A stretch of DNA of 64,000 bases from Zootoca vivipara (taxonomy: Eukaryota): positions 6,758,001 through 6,822,000 of the forward strand of contig NC_083283.1 of the NCBI RefSeq assembly GCF_963506605.1. Direction: 5' to 3'. The first letter of the stretch is position 1; each line of letters opens with the position of its first letter. Under the pieces are notes generated by a model. The model saw only the letters and a list, made by a program, of their open reading frames with translations. It was not told the origin of the DNA and did not search any database. A program made the position numbers and the translations under genes. Positions 57,900 through 64,000 of this stretch are shown piece by piece.

Positions 57900-60290
57900 C
57901 TGCAGCCACACCTGTGGAGGCTTTGCCACCATCACCACAGTCACCATCATCGGTACAAAGGAATGTAGTATTTAATGTGGAAGAAGGAGAGATGGGGAAG
58001 GTGTTGAAGGGAATCAACTCAAGGAAGGCCACAGGGCCGGATGGGGTAGCTGGAAGGGTATCAAGAGACTGTGCAGATCAACTAGCAGGAGTTTTCACTG
58101 GGATTTTAAATCGACCCCTAGCCCAGGCTACGGTTCCATCCTGCCTAAAGTCTTCTATTATTGTTCCCATACCAAAAAAAATCTAATCTGGAAAATCTGA
58201 ATGGCTTTCGTCCAGTAGCACTCACACCTGTAATCATGAAGTGCTTTGAAAAGCTGGTGCACAATTATGTTATTGCCTGCTGTAACGAACCTCACTCCTC
58301 TATTACTAACTGTGTGCTGAAGGAATTCAGTTATTGTTCCAACAACCCACTATTCATTCTTTCTCCTAAATAAACTCCCTGTTTATACTGTATATGGGTT
58401 TGCTAGTACATAGAGTACAATTCCAGCTTTCCAAATAACATGGCTCTGTATCCTTAAAAACTCCAGGCAAATTTTACAGGGACAATCTTGTGCCCTCAGT
58501 AAGGTTTCCCTCTCAACTCAGGTTCACCTCAGCAGCTGTTTGCCTCAGCACTCTAGCTACTTCCAGGCACTCTTTCCCTCCACTTGCCTCCTCTGTGCCT
58601 GACTTTGAGGTACAAACTATCCACCTGCTCCTCAGGCTTAGTTTTATCTCCCCTCTTCAGTCACCACCTTTTTGAGTTCAGATACGTTGCTGGAATAAGG
58701 AGGAACATCTAATTTGACACAACATAGATGAAAGCTTTATTTAACTGGAGAACATGTATATTTCTTCATGGTTTCATTTCTTTAAGCTCTTAGTTCATCA
58801 TATTCGATTAATCCATAAAACTAGTACATTCGATTGACCCTAGTATCCAACCAAAACCTCTCATTTTCTCACTATATTTCTCTCACTCCCTCGTCCCTCT
58901 TCTTCCCTCTCCCAATTGTCACTAACTGCCATTCCCTCCTTATAGAATGTCCATAACCCCGCCCCCATGATCATGTGCTGTCACTCAAGGTAGGAGATGT
59001 ATTAACCCTTTTTCATACAGGTGGACACTAAAATATTTCCTACTAGGGTGAGTTTGTTGCACCTGCCTACCAGAGGGACTAGACACATTCCAATTTGCCT
59101 ATAAAATGAAAAGATCGACAGAGGATGCTGTGGCGATTGCCCTACATGCTGTTTTTGCACATTTGGAGCCAGACTGCTTTTTGTAGATTTCAGCTTGGCA
59201 TTTAATACCATTCTACTGTGACGTTTAAAGTGGGAGATCTGGGGTTCCCGCCATCACTCTGTGGGTGGATATTAGACTTTCTGTCAGATCGCCCCCAGAG
59301 GGTTTGGCTGGGCCCTTACACCTCTAATATGCTTAGGACTAACACAGGAACACCACAGGAATGCATACTTAGTCCGCTCCTTTATACTCTCTACACGTAT
59401 GATTGTGTCGCTGCTTACTCTAGTAACAGGGTTGTCAAATTTGCAGATGACACAACCGTGATTGGGCTCATCTCTGATAAGGAGGGTGAAACGGACTATA
59501 GAGATGAGGTTGAACAGGTGACAGAGTAATGCAGAGTTAATAACTTGCTCATAAATACAAAGAAAAGGAGCTCGTGGTGGACTTCAGAAAACAGAAGAAC
59601 GATGTCCAGCCACTTTTGATTGATGGAATCTGCATGGAGAGGGTAACAACGTTCAGATTCCTGGGCATTGAGTTACAGGAGGATCTGTCCTGGAGTGTCA
59701 ACACAATGGGGCTTGTGAAGAAGGCGCAGCAGAGACTGTACTTCTTGAGAATTGTAAGGAAAAACCTTCTTCCGCAAAAGCTGCTGCTTGCCTTCTATCA
59801 CTGTGTCATTGAGAGTGTGCTCACTTATGGGTTATGAGTATGGTATGGAAGCTGTACTTCCCAGGATAGGATAGGGTTGTGTAGAATTATTAAAACAGCG
59901 GAGAGCATTATTGGCTGCTCAGTCTCCACCTTAGAACAAATCTATATCACCAGGTGCCACAAGAAAGCACTGGACATATCAAGAGATCCATTGCATCCTG
60001 GTCACTGCTTCTTCGAGCTTCTGCCATCGGGATGGAGATACAGAATAATGAAGGTGAGAACGAGCCGTCTCAAGAACAGTTTCTTCCCTAGAACAATTTC
60101 AGCGTTAAATGGAAAGTCTGGACTTTGAAGTCATTTTATTTTTACTTGCCATTTCATATTGTATTGTTTAATTAATGTTTTGTAGTTATTTTAAATTTAT
60201 GTGGAGTGCCTTATCTGAGTGGATGGAGCAGCCGAGTAATTTCGTTGTTCCCACAGGGGGCAATGACAATAAAGATTATCTTATCTTACT
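57900..60290 (+). mobile_element. Rex1/Babar LINE (RT region, degraded), interrupted by a solo LTR
   Basis: RKATGPDG, FRPVALTPVIMKCFE, GTPQECILSPLLY, KFADDTTVIGLI, KKAQQRLYFLR; TATCT tail. The 3' half is very similar to 31409-32031. Confidence 0.92.
58281..59061. mobile_element. Solo LTR (781 bp), family unassigned
   Basis: TGTAACGAAC...GTTTGTTGCA imperfect inverted termini; 5-bp TSD CCTGC; the Rex1 frame VIAC|LPEGLD rejoins when the insert is removed. Confidence 0.85.
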
Positions 60291-61029
60291 CTTACCCAGC
60301 TGCCTTGGCATGGATGTTGAAGTCTCCCAGAACCAGCAGTCTGGAAGTCCTCAATACCACCTCTGAAACCAGCTCTGTCAGCTCAAGCAGGGAGACTGCT
60401 GGGCAGCAAGGTGGGCAGTAAACCGGCAGAAGCCCTTATAATCTGTCCCGATTGTCCAATGCCAGGAACACACACTCTGTATGATAAAGAGATACAAACT
60501 CTGAAATATAAGAATGTAGTAATGAAATAAAACTGAGCAATAAAGAAATGCATTCCCTAGGCTGGCACATTATGGAAGCTGTTGATGTGTGTTTCTGCTA
60601 TTACCACATTGCAAAAAAGAAAAAGAAAAAAGTGTTGGTCTTGCTTCTTGTGTTACTTCCCTTTTCTTATGTCAGAAGATTTCATATCAGTGTATTATTC
60701 AAGGCAACTGCTATCCTCTTCTTAGAATGCAATAAGGCGATACCAAGAACTGCTGTAATAGGGAAGTGCTTAAGTTTCTTTGGAAAGTGTTTTTGGCTTG
60801 TCTTCAACTGGTGCAATAGTTCCTCATTGACACCCATTTCTTGTTTCAGATAAATAAGTTACTCATCAGTGGACACTGATGAATGGGCACTGGGAGAATG
60901 GAGGTTAGCGACTGACACGGAAGAAGGGATCAGTGTTAAATGTATCTTGGCAGATATTCAGTATGACATCAGGTAATTGACAGTTGTGTGGCCCGACTCA
61001 CCTGCCAAACCTAGCCCATTGTGGGGGTG

Positions 61030-61083
<54 letters not shown>

Positions 61084-62111
61084 TAAGGATTAAGGGTCTG
61101 GACCCAAAGTGCAACCCAAAGTTATGCACACCGACTTACTAGGAATTAGAATGACTCATTAGAACAAAAGTGATAAAGTTAGAGATGGTAATCTTTTGGA
61201 GGCATCGTAAGTGAGTGCTGGAGGCTTGAGTTATCTCTCTCTCTCTCTCTCACGCACACACACACACCCACTGCAGGAGCTAGATTTGAGGACAGTAATT
61301 TCTCCCTGCCACCCATCGGGCGCTTTGTGCCATTCTGATGATGACAGTTACTTGCTCAGCCTGTTTTCTTTGTTAGCCATTTATGTGAGCAGCTTGCCGA
61401 CTCTCAATTGCATTAGAAGCCTTTGGACATTGTGATGGGTCACTTAGGTTGTGGCAGTGAAAAGCTAATCAGCTTAAGAGGAGCCCAGTCATCTTCTCTC
61501 CTGATCAGAGGTGACTCTTTGCTCTGCTATGCAGAGTGGACTGCCTTGTTTCCCCTGACTGCTTTATTCTCCTGCCCTATCCCAATCCTTCTTCATAAGG
61601 GTTGACTAGAATGATGTGTATGGTATGGAACCATCTCTCCCCCCCCCCCACCAGTACTCTGGTGTTTTGTTTTGTTTCCCCCAAAAACTTTGTTGGAAAG
61701 ATAGAGAAACATTGATGTCCTGAATCACTTCTGCTAATTGCACATTGCCCTCTGAAGGTGTAGACAGCAGAATTTTGTGGATTTTTATGCACAGACTTAT
61801 AATTTCTATATAATTCTATACATGCATATAAAAGGTAGGGCTCTTTTTCAGCTGGAACAGACCAGAAATCAGTTTCAGCACCTCTCAGGTGGGTGCCATA
61901 GCAATTATAAGAGAACAGGGGGGGGGGGTTCTGCACCTCTTTTTCTAGAAAAGTAGCAGAAAAAATAGGGTTTATAGTGGTGGAATATTCCATCATGCAG
62001 TCTTTTAATAAATCTGGGGAAAATATTTTCTTCTGTTTTCTTCAAACATTCGAGTTCTACATGTGAAGAATTGTTTACTTCATTCCCTTTGCAATGAATC
62101 TGTTTTCCAGA

Positions 62112-62371
62112 CAGTGGCGGAGCTTCATGCTCCGCCCTGGGGGGCGGGGGCGGGGCTGGCGCCCATTCCAGGGCCATGGCATGCCTCCCAGAGGGCCGTG
62201 GCGTATGTTCCAGGCGCGGGGCGCTCCTCCTGGAGGGGCATGACACACATTCTGGGGGGCGGGGCAGGCATTTTGGGGGCAGGGCGAGTGCCCATAATGG
62301 GGCCCCTTGGAGCCCGCCACTTGGGGCAGACCGCCCAACCGCCCTACCGCCCCTATCTTCCTACGCCCCTG
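62112..62371. mobile_element. GC-rich hAT-type MITE (relative of 28571-28837, opposite orientation)
   Basis: CAGTGGCGGAGCTTCATG...CTACGCCCCTG; TSD TTTCCAGA/TTTCTAGA. Confidence 0.85.
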
Positions 62372-62538
62372 TTTCTAGACCATTTAGCAAGTCATCCCTC
62401 TCAACTCAAAATCTGTTGAAGCGGCATTTTTTTTTATTTCATTTTCTAAAACATACAAAACATTAATCCTAACAAAAAGGCAATCCAAAGGGCTTTTAAC
62501 GATACTGTTAAAACAAGGATAAAAATTAACAGAGTAAA

Positions 62539-62578
<40 letters not shown>

Positions 62579-63521
62579 GTACAGAGGAAAACAAGTACCA
62601 AGAAATACCATTCCATCTGCCCAGGTTGGGCAGGACCAATTCCATCTGACCCATTTGGGTCAGGACCATTTCCATCTGACCCCCTTTTGGGTCAGGACCA
62701 GCTCCGACTTACCTAATGGTAGGTAAGTCAAGTAAACACCCTAAGGGATTGGAGGTACAGTTCACAGGCACTCTCCTCCCGCAAGGAATGTTCCCCAAGG
62801 CTCATCTCTGTAATGGCCGCACCATCCTTGCCTATGGCAGGATGAATGGACTAGAGTCCCTGAGCCCCAGGATTCCTTTAATGGAATACTTCTATAAGGA
62901 GCAAGTTAGGGGGGTAGGCATTTTTATGCCATGCCCCTCCTATACCAATTTTTAACGGCCAACCTAACAAGTTGTGACAAGTTGCTTGTCAGTAGGCAAA
63001 ACCAAATGGCAACAGCCAATCAGCCAAGTGGCAAAATTCCTACTGGGCCCCTGAAGACAGACGACCCCCGCAAACGGGCAAGCAGTGTCGATTAAAGCCT
63101 ACAGGAGCAGCGGCGGGCGGGTGGGAGATTCGAAGGCTTTCCGAGAGTGAGGCTAAAACGAAAGCAACTGAGCATTAAGTAAAAGGCTGCTGTCAATCAA
63201 AACTGCGACATGCCCCATGACTCAGCCTAAGAACAGCTCACCCCCTCCCACATTTCTTTTGAGCTCATCCGCAACCCCCACTACGCTCTATGGAGCGTAA
63301 TGGGCTTTACAAAAGCATCAAACCCAGAAATGATATTATGGAGAAAGTAACTATATATGCAATAATTATATGCAAAAGCATTCCAAAACATTATGGAGGT
63401 AATTAAAGTTCTGGGCCTCAGACCACATCCAGTTCTCAATCCTTGGGCTGAGTCCTTTGACATCAGTCCAACAGCAAGTTAATTCCTCTCTTTTGAAACA
63501 TCAGATTTACTTTCATTAAAA

Positions 63522-63554
<33 letters not shown>

Positions 63555-63890
63555 GGGGGGGGGAGACTGATTGCTGGAGCTGGGTTGGAAGACAGTAATC
63601 TTTCTCTGCCACCCATCAGGTGCTTTGTGCCATTCTGATGATGAGTGTTACTTTCTGAGGCTGAACCCCACCACCCCACCACCATCACTGCATGAACTGA
63701 TATAGCAGATAATTTTAAAATATAAATAATAAATAAAATAAAAGTAATAAATAGTTAAGAAACAATTAAAAGAACCACAAAGAACTGCAGGCTTCACTCA
63801 TCTGACATCTCTGGGCATATATAAATTCAATAAATAATAATCAGCCATTGAAAAAATGGAGGGAGGTTTTACTTCTATGTCTCCACAGAG

Positions 63891-63935
<45 letters not shown>

Positions 63936-64000
63936 TATTATTATTATTATTATTATTTAGACCCCGCCAATCTGGCTCTTTTCCCCCAGCCATTCTGGGC

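Larger units (their letters stand above)
28900..60600. repeat. Tandem segmental duplications, ~10 kb units each carrying one receptor; older homologous unit at ~19650-27800
   Basis: 39.0-40.9 kb matches 49.5-51.4 kb; 34.0-36.1 kb matches 46.8-49.5 kb; the intron block recurs five times (32.3, 41.8, 45.2, 52.1, 55.2 kb). Confidence 0.92.

Noticed and set aside
61333-61345. CTGATGATGA as a snoRNA box C/D or hammerhead core
   Set aside because: No terminal stem with a correctly spaced box D, and no stem II plus GAAA.

Overview
This is vertebrate genomic DNA from a squamate, probably a lacertid lizard, judged from its repeats (Sauria SINE, CR1, L2, BovB, Rex1 and Penelope). It is not prokaryotic, so most ORF-track calls are spurious. 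The window is a birth-and-death cluster of MAS/MRGPR-like class A GPCR genes. Five look intact (5006-6022 +, 11663-12649 -, and three near-identical minus-strand paralogues at 29.4, 40.0 and 50.5 kb) and three are pseudogenes (13.7-14.8, 17.7-18.7, 20.1-20.5 kb). They sit in ~10 kb tandem segmental duplications packed with nested transposons. Main finding: the three near-identical receptors have no usable ATG upstream of TM1 in their 7TM exon. Reading splice signals by eye gives a modular N-terminal cassette. An ATG exon (usually M-N-x-S, phase 0) is followed by a hypervariable 11- or 20-nt microexon (phase 0 to 2) and then the 7TM exon (phase 2). Two independently formed in-frame chimeric exons (phase 2 to 0) double the cassette in two genes. 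All modules are phase-compatible, so splicing could place different Tyr/acidic/N-glycosylated ectodomains on an almost invariant 7TM core. This model is inferred from sequence alone and needs transcript data. Also present are Penelope repeats with minimal hammerhead ribozyme motifs, a truncated Ty1/Copia element, a 3.5 kb L1-type LINE nested in a CR1, and a solo LTR nested in a Rex1.
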